64,000 nucleotides of DNA from Eledone cirrhosa (lineage: Eukaryota): contig OZ024743.1 of assembly GCA_964016885.1 (NCBI GenBank), positions 283,402,001 to 283,466,000 of the forward strand. Direction: 5' to 3'. The notes below the pieces were generated by a model that ran no database searches, was not told where the DNA came from, and saw only the letters and a program-made list of their open reading frames with translations. How positions within the stretch are numbered: position 1 is the stretch's first letter; each line of letters opens with the position of its first letter. The translations under genes and the position numbers were made by a program. Positions 1-13,063 of the stretch are shown piece by piece.

Positions 1-807
1 TTCCTGATATCTTGTTCATATTATATATATGTGTGAGTGTGTGTGTATATCATTATCATGATTTAACATTAATTTTTCTTGCTAGCAAGCATTAGATGGG
101 TTGTCACTGATCAAGTCAGTCTTCTTACATATATTGATGACCAAGTGTTTTGCATCTTATTTACATATATTCCCACATGCTCTATATCATCATCATCATC
201 ATCATCGTTTAACATCCATCTTCCAGCATGGGTTAGACAGTTTTGTCCCACTTTATGTGTGTGTATATCAATTTGAAAAGATTAAAAAGCCCAAACAATG
301 CTTTACTGCAATAAAATGCTCCCAGCCCACATTGTAAAGTGGTAGTGCTGGAGCCACAATAAAAAGCACCCAGCTTTCATCTTGTAAGGTGGTAGTACTA
401 ATGTCCCAATAAAAAAAAAGTACCCTGTCCACCCTGTTTGGTTAATTACATACCATCACCAACACCACCAACAGCAGCAACTATTTATATAATTAATATG
501 ATTTATAAGAGGGATGAAATTAATCAGAGATAATATAATAGTATATTAAATATCAAATGATACATATTATATATAAATATAGTAAAATAAAAGATATATA
601 ATATATATTTATACATAGTATATATTATATTATTTATTATGTATAAATTAACGATTTTATTTATTATATACTATTTACAATTTGCGTGTAGGTAGGTCTC
701 TCTGGAAATAATGTTGAGGGGAGCTGAGGGTATTTATGTGGCCATGGGGGCGGGGGAGTTTTGAGAACTTCTGGTCTATAACAATGAATGCTGGTCTTTT
801 CTTTTAA

Positions 808-1014
808 CCCTTTAGCATTTACATTACTCTATATTTACTATTATATTTTCATGGTAAAGGCTTTAAAAGAAATAAAACTGAATCTATGAGATTTTGATAT
901 TATTTATTTTGAGAACAATACTTAACACAAGTATGAGTGGCTGGTTACAGCTGGTTTGAACAGAAAAAGGCGAGAGAATTCTGGCCGGATACAGCCAGTT
1001 TTAATGCTAAAGGG
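808..1014. mobile_element. piggyBac-type MITE
   Basis: TTAA|CCCTTTAGCATT...AATGCTAAAGGG|TTAA: terminal inverted repeats with CCC/GGG ends and a TTAA duplication (804-807, 1015-1018). A second copy is at 33542-34087. Confidence 0.8.
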
Positions 1015-1887
1015 TTAAATCTTTTTTAGGTAAGCCAAGACATTTATGGTATTGCTACAGCTGCAAGAATACCAAAACACCTCAACAGACATTATATTTG
1101 GTGAAACGTAATGTTTTTGTTGGTAATTCCAGATTTGTAATAGGTCAATCACTGGTTCATTGCATTTCTGACAGCAAGAATGATAGCAACTCGTGCAGAA
1201 CAGATACCACACATGCTACTTTTTATTCAAAAGTATCATAAAATTAGGGTTTTCTCTCAAATGTTTATATCTTTGCCTATATGCATCAGTGAAAAATATA
1301 TATATATATATATACAAGTGTCTTTAGCAGAGAGCACTCTGTTGCAAGTATTTAGGCTAGGTCATTGATCTGAAGATAACTGCCTTCCTTACCTCTCTCC
1401 TTCCCTTCCTTCTTCCTCTCCCTTTGCTTACCTCCCTTTTCCTTTCCTTCTTCCTCCCTTTCTTCCCTCAGTCATGGAGGTCCTGAAAAATGTCATGGAG
1501 GCTGCCTTTCCTTTTTTAATTCAGTATATATATGGAAAAGCAAATGTAAAATGATGTAATGTGTGTATGAGTGTGACCGTAATTGTGTGTGTGTAAGTCT
1601 GTGTGAGAATAATTGTGTGTGTGTGTGTAAGTCTGTGTGAGAATAATTACATATGTGTATTATGGTAATCTTAATGCTTTTTAGCTAATGCTGTGAGACT
1701 TTGAACAATTGCCTGTTATCATGTGAACAGAAAAAGGGAGATTGGTATAACCTTGATTCAAACACTATTGGGTCCTTTCAGAAGTCCTGTACCCTTCCTT
1801 CTTATCACACACACACACACACACATCAGTATGTGATTGATGGCTGAGAGAAAAGATTACTCAATTCTGAAGTGGAGTTTAAATATT

Positions 1888-2011
1888 CATTTTATTAAGG
1901 CTAAATAGTGAGTCTTGTTACTCTGGAGTGTTGCCTGTTCATTACAGGGTCATCAGATAAACAGGCAAAACTCCGGAGTAACAAGACTCACTATTTAGCC
2001 TTAATAAAATG
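1888..2011. repeat. Inverted repeat (~55-bp arms, ~15-bp spacer) with a decayed hammerhead; probable Penelope-like element remnant
   Basis: cattttattaaggc...gcctgttcat versus ataaacaggc...gccttaataaaatg, about 3 mismatches. The minus strand reads CTGATGA-ccctgt..acagg, and the right arm carries the palindrome ACTCCGGAGT. Confidence 0.65.
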
Positions 2012-2385
2012 TATATATATATATATCTCTTGGCTAGCCTCTTCCTCACACTTTCACTCACTCACTCTCTCCTACTCACCCTCTCGCTCACATCCGCACG
2101 GCCAAGATGTGTCTTTGCCTTCTCGTCAATATTCGCAACTTCTTATGTTCAAAATGAATCATTGACTTGATTTTCTCATTTTTTCCTCTCTTTACGTTGC
2201 CTCACCATTCATGTTTGTTTACCTGTCTCTCTTTCTCCACCCAATTCTTTTTATCCCAATAACTTAATTTAGTTATTGTATTGCCCTAGCCGGAGGTATA
2301 TGGTCTGTAATGCAAAGAAATACGTATGATGGCTAGTAGACCACTGATGATGGATAGTCCTGGCTTCTATTTCTAATTCTTCATT

Positions 2386-2431
<46 letters not shown>

Positions 2432-2486
2432 GTGAGGTTTTTTTTACAAAATGAAAAATAACCGAGGTGTCCTACACGAGTGGAAG

Positions 2487-2789
2487 TATAAAGAAAAAGG
2501 GATGAAATCGAAAATGCAACTGAAGTCTTATTTTTTTTTTAAATATATATATTTATTTGGTTCCTTTACCGGTTTCGCAGTTCTTCTGCTTTTCAAAAGG
2601 TGAGTTGAGATGGAGGGTCTGTGGTTTTTCTCACATCAGATGTGAGAAAAACCACAGACCCTCCATCTCAACTCACCTTTTGAAAAGCAGAAGAACTGCG
2701 AAACCGGTAAAGGAACCAAATAAATATATATATTTAAAAAAAAAATAAGACTTCAGTTGCATTTTCGATTTCATCCCTTTTTCTTTATA
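2487..2789. repeat. Perfect palindrome, 151-bp arms, 1-nt spacer (A2638)
   Basis: The arms were checked by eye to be exact reverse complements, including the T10/A10 run. (TA)n lies on both sides. Confidence 0.95.
2676..2713 (+). ncRNA. Minimal type I hammerhead ribozyme (U3-A8 variant); mirror copy on the - strand at 2563-2600
   Basis: Stem I CCTT/AAGG; core TTGAAAA; stem II GCAG-aagaa-CTGC; GAAA; palindromic stem III ACCGGT; cleavage triplet GTA with a predicted cut after 2709. Confidence 0.75.
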
Positions 2790-5551
2790 TATATATATAT
2801 ATATATATATGATGACTCTGTGATAAATAAGCAAAACCTCAGAGTAACAAGATATATATATATAGCTTACAGTTATTTTGGGAGGTACATGACTTAGTGG
2901 TTATTGTGTTCATATGGTGTTCTTGAGTTTGATTTCTGACAATACATTGTGTCCTTGAGCAAGAGACATATTTCCCATTTCTCTAGTTCACTCACCTGGA
3001 AAAACTGAGTTGTACTTGTAATTCAAAGGGCCAGCCTTGCTACATACAGATTCATGGTTGAGAGTGCATGTGTCTGTGGAATCTTAAGTTAATTTCACGA
3101 GCAAGCTGTTGCTCATCTCTATTGCTACCCATCACTCACTTTTTCTTACCATCATTTATCTTTATAGCTTTCCCATCACTCTGCTCATGCTGATTGTTAT
3201 TCAATTTCCTTACCAACAGCAAACTTTTCTGATATGATATCTTGTTTTATATCTATGGCTACATCTATGGCTACAATGTGTTCTTACTTTTAAAAAAAAT
3301 AGCAAGCTGTGATTCAAGAAAGATTGGGCTGCTGTTTCTAACACACCAAACAATCAAGTAGAGGCCTCTTTGTTGCTTCATTATAAGTACCTGCTATATA
3401 TTAATGTTGATTCAAACAACTAATACTCTCCTCCTTTACAAATTCTAGAAATCAATAGCAGGAAAATGCAAGCTAATTACCTCCCCAATCAAAAAATAAA
3501 TGTCAAAACATCAACGAAGGTTATAAAAAGATTTTTTGTTTCAAAGAAATTAGAAACGAAAACAAATTAAAACAAAACATTTGATATTCTTCAAATAGAA
3601 AGAGAAAGCATTTTTTTAAAAAGATTTTGTAAAATAATCAATGGAATTAAATGATTTGGTAGTTCAAGAAACACAGGTGCAATGAATGTACTTTTTGCTA
3701 ACATTGCACCTCAACTTGTTAGCCTACTACATCCTACAACTCATATGTTCACCATAAACACTTGCGTGCTAATATTTCAGGGGAAAAAGAGAATGAAATA
3801 CTACTTGCTCTACTCCTCCAAAAAAACAAAAAGACTGAGTTTTTAAGAAAAGATAGGAAGTTAAAACAAGAGTAGGGTGGAGTATTGGGAGCAGAAAGAA
3901 AGAAAAGGAAGGAAAGCAGGAAAAGGAAAAGGAGGAAAGGAGTGTTAATATCACTGAACACCAGCCAAAATTACAGATCAAGGTGACATAACCTGTAAAA
4001 TTGGTAACAGGCGATGCATCTTTTCTGAATATATACATAAACATAGGAGATATATATATTATGATCATCACCATCATCATATATGTATATATATATATAT
4101 ATATATACATATATGATGATGATGATGATAATATATATATCTATGTTTATGTATATATTCACAATTACATAGACACCTAAAGCTATTAGTAAAAGCATAA
4201 TACATATTACCAAATAATACTTGATTGCAAGTGATGGCGGAAATACAGGGTGAGTCATAAGTAACAGGGCAGACCAACATTTATATTCCAAATAATAATA
4301 TTTACTAAAGTTCTGGTCATGTATTACAAAATTATAAATACATCAAACAAAAGTAGTTAAAAAATATAACCATTGCTGATCAGACACAAATAAGCAGATG
4401 TTCAAAAAGTTATCTGTGAACCTCGCAATAAAAATGCATTGACTGCAACCTGTATATAAATTGTTCGTATAAAATATATTCATCATCATCACTACCACCA
4501 CCTCCACCATCATCATTATTATCATCATCATTATCATTTTATGTCCACTGGCATGGATCAAACAAGGCATCATGGTCCCAGTTAGTTTATATTTATTGTT
4601 ACTACTTGCCTAGATAGGTTGGAGGACCATGTTTCTCACTCAAAGGTTTCTCCAGCCATCTTATACCTGTACTGGTTGCATTTTGTTGAAGTAGCAGCAC
4701 TAAAGTAGTTGTTAGGTCAATAGGACTAGAGATCATTCTCTACCTTACACTGTCATTGTTTTGTCATGGTAAATGTCATTGGCAGAATGGATAAAGGTGA
4801 GAGTGATGTCCAGGAAAACGAGAATGTGGTTGTGAGTGTGATGGATAAACAGAGTGACAGGGATGAGAGAATGGTTGGAGAGGGAGTGATGAAAGAAGGA
4901 CAGGGATAACTACATTTTTGTTGTTGGTAAGGAAATTGAATAGCACTCAGCATGTGTGGAGTGAAGGGATAGCAATAAAGATGGATAATGGCAATAGAGA
5001 TGGGCAATGGTTAGTGAGATTGGTAAATGTCAATGAAGCATACATGAAGGAGAAAGACTGTTGACAAGTTTTTAAGCATGGGTCTGCTTGACTAGGGCTC
5101 TAGGTTAAGCAACAATAACAATAACATAAACTTACCTCATTCACTAAGAAGACAAATCTTCAAGGAATTATACAGAACAATCGTAAAGGATTTACAGCAG
5201 ACACAGCAGAAATGATAACCTCTTCAGTGCCACTGGAGTAATGAACCTAGTCTACAGGGTAAGGTATACATAACAACAAAGTTGGGTGGGTGTGTTTTTA
5301 CCATTAATACACACCGCAACAAAATACAGTGATACCCTTTATGATTATTCACATATATACATACACATATATACATATACACACACAAACACATACATAG
5401 ACACATACATACATGCATACATACATGCATGCGTACGTAGATGTACACACACACACACACAGAGTCAGATAAATACAAACATTCATATGTACACTTATAC
5501 ACGCACATACATACTTACATATGCACTTACATACATGCATACATACGTACA

Positions 5552-5585
<34 letters not shown>

Positions 5586-5649
5586 CATACAAACATACAA
5601 ACATACATAGATACATACAAACATAAATACATATATACATACATACATG

Positions 5650-5882
5650 GATACCATCAGGGTTGCAGGTGTTATATCAGAGTTTTCCTTCTCCTAGAAT
5701 TCTGCCTTGACAAAGGCTAAGGGGTCATCTCTCCCGGTGATTTTGGATGGCCATTGACTCTTAAGAGCTCCTTTTCCCTTTGACAGGTTGTGTTTTTAGT
5801 CCTGCAGGATGTCCAAAGTCACCCTCCTCACCAAGAAACCTTGGTGGAGTTGCCAGTTTAGTCGCCAACAAACCCTACCATG
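5650..5882 (-). mobile_element. Fragment of a non-LTR retroelement 5'-leader-like repeat, embedded in (CATA)n
   Basis: Near-identical to 43413-43640 and similar to 40430-40610. The minus strand contains CTAGGAGAAGGAAAACTCTGATATAACACC, a motif resembling RTE-type 5' UTRs. Confidence 0.55.
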
Positions 5883-6224
5883 ACATACATACATACATAC
5901 ATACATACATACGTACATAAAAACATATTTACATACAAACATAAATACATACATACATATATACATATATGCCAGTATCATATATATATATATACACAAG
6001 GTATACTACAAACACTCTACTTCACTATTTGTATACATTTCCTATAATCTGCACTGATAGAATACTCTCAGTTAAACATATGGTATGTATGTTGTATATT
6101 TTTTTATAACAATACTCAAGTTTATTTTATTGTAGTCATCAGTACGCCCTGTTTCAATTCCAATTCCCACGGTGTAAGCCCCTTCAAATGCATGCTTATA
6201 TATGCATGCTTATATATGCATGCT

Positions 6225-6257
<33 letters not shown>

Positions 6258-6259
6258 AT

Positions 6260-6522
6260 ATGATGTGTTGTTTCCTTGAGCAAGACACTTTATTTCACAT
6301 TGCTCCAGTTTACTCAGCTGTAAAAATGAGATGATAGGGACTGGGGTCCATATCATTCCACTGCAAAGTGGTCGTGGAGGTGCCATGGCAAAAAAGCACC
6401 CAGCACTCACTGTAAATGAGGTTGGTGTCAGGAAGGGCATCCAGCTGTAGAAATCAAGCCAGAATCAGTTCCCGTCCCACCCTTGCAAGCAGGGAAAAGC
6501 GGACGCAAAATGATGATGATGA
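6260..6522 (+). mobile_element. 5'-truncated SINE family B (RTE-tailed)
   Basis: Matches the body and tail of 7141-7470 and ends in (ATG)n. Confidence 0.8.
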
Positions 6523-7140
6523 TATATATATGTATATATATATATATATATATAAATGAAAAGTATAGAAATTATTATGAGCAAGAAGCACACAGTATTT
6601 CATATATATATATATATATGTATATCCCTCCGACAACATCTATATTATATATATATATATATATATTATATATAATATATATATATATATATAATATATA
6701 TATATATAATTGTCTAACCCATGCTAGCGTGGAAGATGGATGTTAAACGATGATGATGATGATGATGATATATGTATATATATATATGCATGTATGTATA
6801 TATATGTGTGTGTGTGTGTACGTATACATGTGAATATATATGTATGTGTGCATATATATATATATATATATATGTATATTCCAACACTTGCTACCAAAGA
6901 AAGTAGATATTAAACCATGACGATGATACATGTGGATAGATATGTGTATAAATATATGTGTGTGTATAGGTGTGTATGTGTTTGTATATATATATAGAGA
7001 GATATGCATATACATATGTATACATGTGTGTATATACATATATATATTTATATATATATATGTGTGTGTCTCTGTGTATATATATATATGTGTGTGTGTG
7101 TGTGTCATGTGTGTGATGTGTGTGTGTCATATATTTATAT

Positions 7141-7473
7141 ATGGAGGCGCATGTCTTAGTGGTTAGAGCATTGGCCTTGCAATCAAAAGGTTGAGTTCAA
7201 TTCTCAGACCGGGTGATGTGTTGTTTCCTTGAGCAAAACACTTTATTTCACATTGCTCCAGTTTACTCAGCTGTAGAAATGAGATGATAGGGACTGGGGT
7301 CCATATCATTCCACTGCAAAGTGGTCGTGGAGGTGCCACGGCAAAAAAAAGCACCCAGCACTCACTGTAAATGAGGTTGGTGTCAGGAAGGGCATCCAGC
7401 TGTAGAAATCAAGCCAGAATCAGTTCCTGTCCCACTCTTGCAAGCAAGGAAAAAGCAGACGTAAAATGAAAAA

Positions 7474-7475
<2 letters not shown>
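7141..7475 (+). mobile_element. tRNA-derived SINE family B
   Basis: A-box-like TGTCTTAGTGG and B-box GAGTTCAATTC. The 3' half is shared with the RTE 3' UTR at 24705-24960. Copies at 36750-37112, 37625-37960 and 40691-41000. Confidence 0.85.
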
Positions 7476-7526
<51 letters not shown>

Positions 7527-8577
7527 TGTGTGTGTGTGTGTGTGTGTCTCTGTGTATATATATGTGTGTCTATATACCCCATAAGTAGATTCAAATGCTA
7601 TATAGTCTGGGAATGTTTTACCAAAATTCACACTGTTTAAATAATTTATTGAATCTGTAGGGTGCAAGGCAAGTCTCTGTTCTTTTTTAAAGAACCCACA
7701 AATTTATTTTTTTTTTATGGAGGGGTGAGGAGCTTGTGGTTACTATGTAAGCATGTTGTTACATGTGCACTGTTGTGTGTATATATGCTGGAATACACAT
7801 TCACATATATGTGTATATGTATATTTGTATGTGTGTTTGTATGTAAATATGAATGTACATGTGTATGAGTGTAAATTCCTGTGTGCATATGTACATGAAT
7901 GTTTGTATAGGTGTGTGAATGTATGTGTATATGTGTGTGTCTATGTATGGATGTGTGTATGTTTATGTGTGAGTATGAATGCATACTCATGTGCATGTGA
8001 ATATGTATGTGTATGTGTGTATATACAGATGTGTGAACGTGTGTACTTTCTTTAATATTTCTAACAAATTAAAGAATTTCTGACAACTCCGAAAGTTTAT
8101 ATTTTACTTGGCTTTTTTTATTCTTATTTTTTTTACAGTGAAAAAAAGATGAGAAGAAAGAAAAACAAAGTTAATAAAGGCTTATATCTATTTTCTATTT
8201 TTACTGATCTTCAGAAGATTTTGCACAGTTTTGGTTGACTACCATTTTTCAAAGCTGTAAACCTATAAATTGTCAATGTTACTGTTTAGACAAGTGGCTC
8301 CCAAACCATTTTTTTCTTACTCATGGCAATTTTACAGCAGATAAAAATATGTTGGTGCATTTTGTACAAAAAATAAAAAGTTATTCTAAAAAAATGTATT
8401 TATATATCTTGTCCTATAAATGTACATAATTTAAACTACAAAAAATTATTAAGTTTATTATCATTACTGTGTTTTGGAGGTGAAGATATGTACACAAACA
8501 CTGTCAATTTCAGTGCCTTAGTATGGCCATAGCCTGTTGGCTGGAACATATATTAGAATAATAGAGTAATACATATA

Positions 8578-8775
8578 CATGTTAGCTGAAACGTTCATAG
8601 GTTGATCAAGATACTCTCATGGAATGACCAAATGACGTTTATTTTTCAACATAGTTCTTAGAAAGAAATAATGCAGTTATTAATAAGAAGAGTTGAAATT
8701 AATGTGTGTAAGATTTCACAGTACTAACATCACTCCTTCGTAATCAAACTATGAACTTTTCAGCCGACCCTTATA
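8578..8775. mobile_element. Mariner-type MITE
   Basis: Degenerate TIRs gttagctgaaacgttcataggttga...tcaaactatgaacttttcagccgaccct-TA. Same family as 23288-25069 and ~60477-60560. Confidence 0.6.
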
Positions 8776-10138
8776 CATACAAATGATGGGCCTCTACAGT
8801 GTTTTGGTCTACCAAATTCACTTCAAGGCATGTACTTCATAAATATTAGCCCTTTTAATACTAACCACCTGAAACTACCCCCAGTTCTACTATACAAAAC
8901 TGTTTGTCTTAAAATATTTATATCCATCATAATTTTAAATAAGGTGCTTTGTTTGAGACAGTTATTTATATTTCTAAATCCCTTCAAATTCTCCATTATT
9001 CTCAAAATTATTTGAAAATCATAAGCAGTGCATTTCATTAGAAATATAGTAATGAATATGTTAAGTACTTTTTCCATAAATAAAGCATATAATTCAAGTT
9101 TATATTTTCACATTTTTTAAATATAATTTCCATGACAGTACACAGTTTAGGGACCACTGTCCTTGGCACCTGGAAAAGTTACAGATGTAAACCTAACCCT
9201 TTTGATACTGAACCACCTAAAACCAGATATGGTACTAAGCTGTTTATTTTAAAACATTTATATCTCAGAATCTTCTATCACAATTTTATGTAAGAACTTG
9301 TCTTATGTTATGTTCCAAATATCAGTTTACTAATGAGGAAATTAATTATATTACTAAATCCCTTCAAATTCTTAATTTTTTTAAAGAATATTTGAAAATT
9401 ATATTTCTTGGATTAGAAATATGGTAACAAAAGTGTTAAATTAGGTAATTAGAACATGCATTGAGTGTAGAGATAAAATTAACCAACAGCAATTCCATGC
9501 TTTTTAGTATGCAAGCTGGTAGGACTAGCTCTGGACACTTTAATTTATTCACAATAAAAGCACTGGCTACCTTAGACACTCAGAAAAAAGCACCCTCTGA
9601 AGAACAATATGGATCAACTCAATACTGCAAGATGAACTCTCAACTATGACAAGCAAACTGCTTTAATCTCACTATCTTCCGACTATAAAAGACTAAAATG
9701 AGTTTAACCTGTTGACTGCTGCATATATTTTACACAGCTACAGTTGTTACGCTGTTTTTTTTGGTTTTTTTTTGTTTTTTCAGTAAAATGACTAGCTTTG
9801 AAGTTATGAACTGTTGGAAAAGAGTTCATAACTTTGAAGTTATGAAATGTAGGAAAGGAGTTCAAACATGTTAGGACAAGTTATCTCATCTAAAGAGGTT
9901 AACCAACTTCAATGAGGAATGACTGAAGAGGCAACATGTCATGAAAACATCCTGATTCTTATCACCAAGAAGACAAGGAACTTATATAATAATAATGAAA
10001 ATATTGTGTACAGTGCCCAGGTGCACTACAACTCATCAAAAGTGTATGTATAGTACATAGGGTAATGTACAAACGTCAGGAAAATGAACAGTGCATGAGT
10101 CATGATATACACGTGTGCATGTGTATGGAAGGGGGACA

Positions 10139-12910
10139 TCAGGTGTAGTTTTGGCAAATTTCGGGAAGCATGAGGGTTTTAAAGGATGCAGTGTTTCTGC
10201 AGCTAACAACTGACGCAGGCAGTTTGTTCCATGCTTCAACAACTCTAAGCATGAAAAAATGTTTCCGAAAGTCATGGGAGCTGTGCTGTTTTCTGATTTT
10301 GTAGGCATGTCCATGTGTGTTAGACACATGGAGATCAAAAAGGTGCTCAGGGTTGTTGTTGGCGAGATGGTTAATAACTTTGTGGGTGTTTACCAAGTCC
10401 ATTGCCAGACGTTGGAGCTTCAATGAATCCATACCCAGGGAAGCAAGATGTTCAGAGTATGGTAGGTGTCTGATGGAGGGTATGCGCTTGGTTGCACATC
10501 TCTGAACAGTTTCCAGGAGGTCAATGTTCTGAACAAGATAGGGGTTCCAGACTGATGATGCAAATTCCAAGTGTGGTCGTACCATAGCTGTATACAGCTT
10601 TAAATAGATGGCTGGAGAGCGGCTAACAAAGGTCTTGCTGAGTGATGCCAAGACACCCTCAGCCTTCTTGACAATTTTAGAGATGTGCTTTGTCCAACGC
10701 AAATCGCTGCTGACCGTAATGCCCAGGTCACGTTCATAAGAGGACTTCTTGATATTAGTGCTGTGGAGGGAGTATGTGTAAGCTGGATTTTTCCTCCCAA
10801 AATGCATGGTGGTACACTTGTCCACAGCCAGCTTCAGTTGCCAGTCTGTGATCCATTGCTGCATTGTGTCCAGGTATGATTGTAGGAAAGAGTTATAGAT
10901 TTCAGGATCTGTCCTTTTGATTTCAAGGTACAGCTTGATGTCATCTGCATATTTCAGTACCGTGGCATTCTTTAAGTTGGTATCTATGTCATTAATGTAT
11001 GCAACAAACAAAAGGGGACCAAGAACAGATCCCTGTGGTACACCAGATGACATCTCATATGGTGAAGAAAGCTGTCCTAGAACCGTGACTACCACTTTTC
11101 AGCTGAGAATGAAGGATTTCAACCAGTTAAAAAGATCATCCTTCACACCCATTGCATAGAGTTTTGCCATAAGTCTTTTATGTGGCACATAATTAAAAGC
11201 CTTAACGAAGTCAAGGTAAACAACATCCATCCATGAGCCGCTGTCAGTGATCCGGGTAATGTCTTCAAGGAACTCGATAAGCTGATCACAGCAGCTGGAG
11301 TTAGGGATAAATCCAAATTGCGAGGGCCGGATGAGGCTGTGAGAGCTCCAGAAGTTCCAAAGTGTTTCTCTGACACAGGATTCCATCAGTTTGGCAATAC
11401 AGCTAGTAAGACTGACTGGACGATAGTTGACAGGTGACGTACAGTCGCACTTTTAGAACAGGGGAATGACACTGGCAGTTTTCCACTGCTCCGGAGTAGC
11501 ACCATTGTTGAGACAGTATTGAAAGAAGAAAGAAAGCTGGTGCAAAAGGAAGTACCCGCCACGTTTGAGAAGCAGGTATGTCACACCATCAAGACCAGGG
11601 GAGGCATAGTTGCGCTTATTCTTAAGCTGACATCGCAGCATTGCAGGTGTAAATTCCATAGTTGTTATGGAATTTGATGTTAGAGATGGTGGAGATGGTA
11701 CATTCTGGTTTTCAACAGTAAAAATGCTTGCATAGCACTCAGCAATGAGTTCTGCGCATTCTTTGGGATCGTCAGTGATCTGGCTTGTGTGGGGATTGTG
11801 AAGAGGACCAACTGGAGAGTGAGGTCTCTGCTTTGAATGTACATATTTCCAGAACACCTTACTTTCAGGATTGGTTGCTATGCACTGTTCAAATTCAAGC
11901 ACTGCTTTTTTGTCACTTGCTTGAGATGGTTGGAAGATTTATTCTGCTTTTTTCTGTTGGTATCTGATTTATGCAGTTTATATTCCCGTTCAGCATTCCG
12001 ACGTTCTTTCCTGGCAAGTCGGACCGCTGAAGTTTCCCAAATTGCACTTTTGGGATGTTTTTTTTCTGCTTACATGGCACTGATGCTGCACACGCTATCC
12101 ATATTGAGTTCAGGATGCTCTGGAGTATAGTGTTCACATCTCCAGAGTTATAGAACTCATGCCAGTTTGGGTGCTGTAGCTCAGTGCAGTACAAGTTCCA
12201 ATCTGCTTTCTTCCAATCAAAGCAAGCAGATTGGAGATGGCTCTGGTTTTTGTTGCTGCCCGCAAGAGCCAGATTGGCAATGATCATAGCATGATCAGAG
12301 TCGCCTAGAGGTTCCTCAGTAGTACAACTGATAACCACTTCAGGAGTAGTGGTGAAAAGCAGGTCCAAAGTGTTGTCACCTCTTGTTGGAGAGGTGACTA
12401 CTTGTGACCAGTTTGAGTCCAAGAAATCGTTTGCGCTTTGTGACCAACGAAAGGTTTCCCAATCGATCTCAGGATGATTGAAGTCACCTGCAATAAACAC
12501 ATAAGTGACTGTTTTCCTGGCAGCAGCTCTGAGGATATCGCAAAGCTGTGTGTCCTGATGGTAGTTTGGGGGGGGGGGGGGGGCGATAAACAACACTAAG
12601 CAGAAGTGTTGACATGGTCATACGTATGTCACAGAAAAAAATTCTTCTTGTGATTCGTTCAAATCAACGCAAGGAATTACCGAAAAGTTTGAACGAAAGT
12701 AGACCATCACACCACCACCACGGCGATTAATGCGGTCCTTGCGGAAAAGGTTGTACCCAGTAATGCTGAAAACCCCATCACAGAGTAAGGAATGTGCCCA
12801 TGTTTCCGTGACTGTGATGTAGTCAGGGTCGATGCTTCTGATGTAGGAGTTAAACAGATGTATCTTGTTGCATAAACTGCGAGCATTTAAAGACAACAAT
12901 TTGTACCTTG
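10139..12910 (-). pseudogene. CR1 ORF2 (APE endonuclease + reverse transcriptase), split into ~5 frames
   Basis: APE motifs LNARS, VTETW, RKDR..RGGGV, GDFN, PTRGDNTLDL, SDH. RT motifs QFGF, YLDFVKAF, SGVPQGSVLGP, YADD. CR1-type C-terminus HGH..RKHFF.RVV..WNKLP. Confidence 0.92.
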
Positions 12911-13063
12911 CTTGCAGTTTATGATGGTGTGTAGAGGATGGCAGGTTGTTCTGGTTTAGTTTCCCAGAGTTGTTGCAGTTTTTTCATTGCCAGTTATTGT
13001 GGGTAGAGCGCACTCAGACCAGCTGGTATCTCTCTTCCACGTTTCACCAACCTTAATAAACCT

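Noticed and set aside
1015-1368. Short Cys-containing ORFs
   Set aside because: No recognisable domain or splice context, and the length is expected by chance.
7141-7215. tRNA gene
   Set aside because: It has A/B boxes but no complete cloverleaf or T-run terminator, and it continues into a multi-copy SINE body.
5224-8055. Many YI/HT/CV-rich ORFs (also 32358-32915, 40908-41196, 44307-44905, 61446-62127)
   Set aside because: These are translations of (TA)n, (CA)n and (CATA)n microsatellites.
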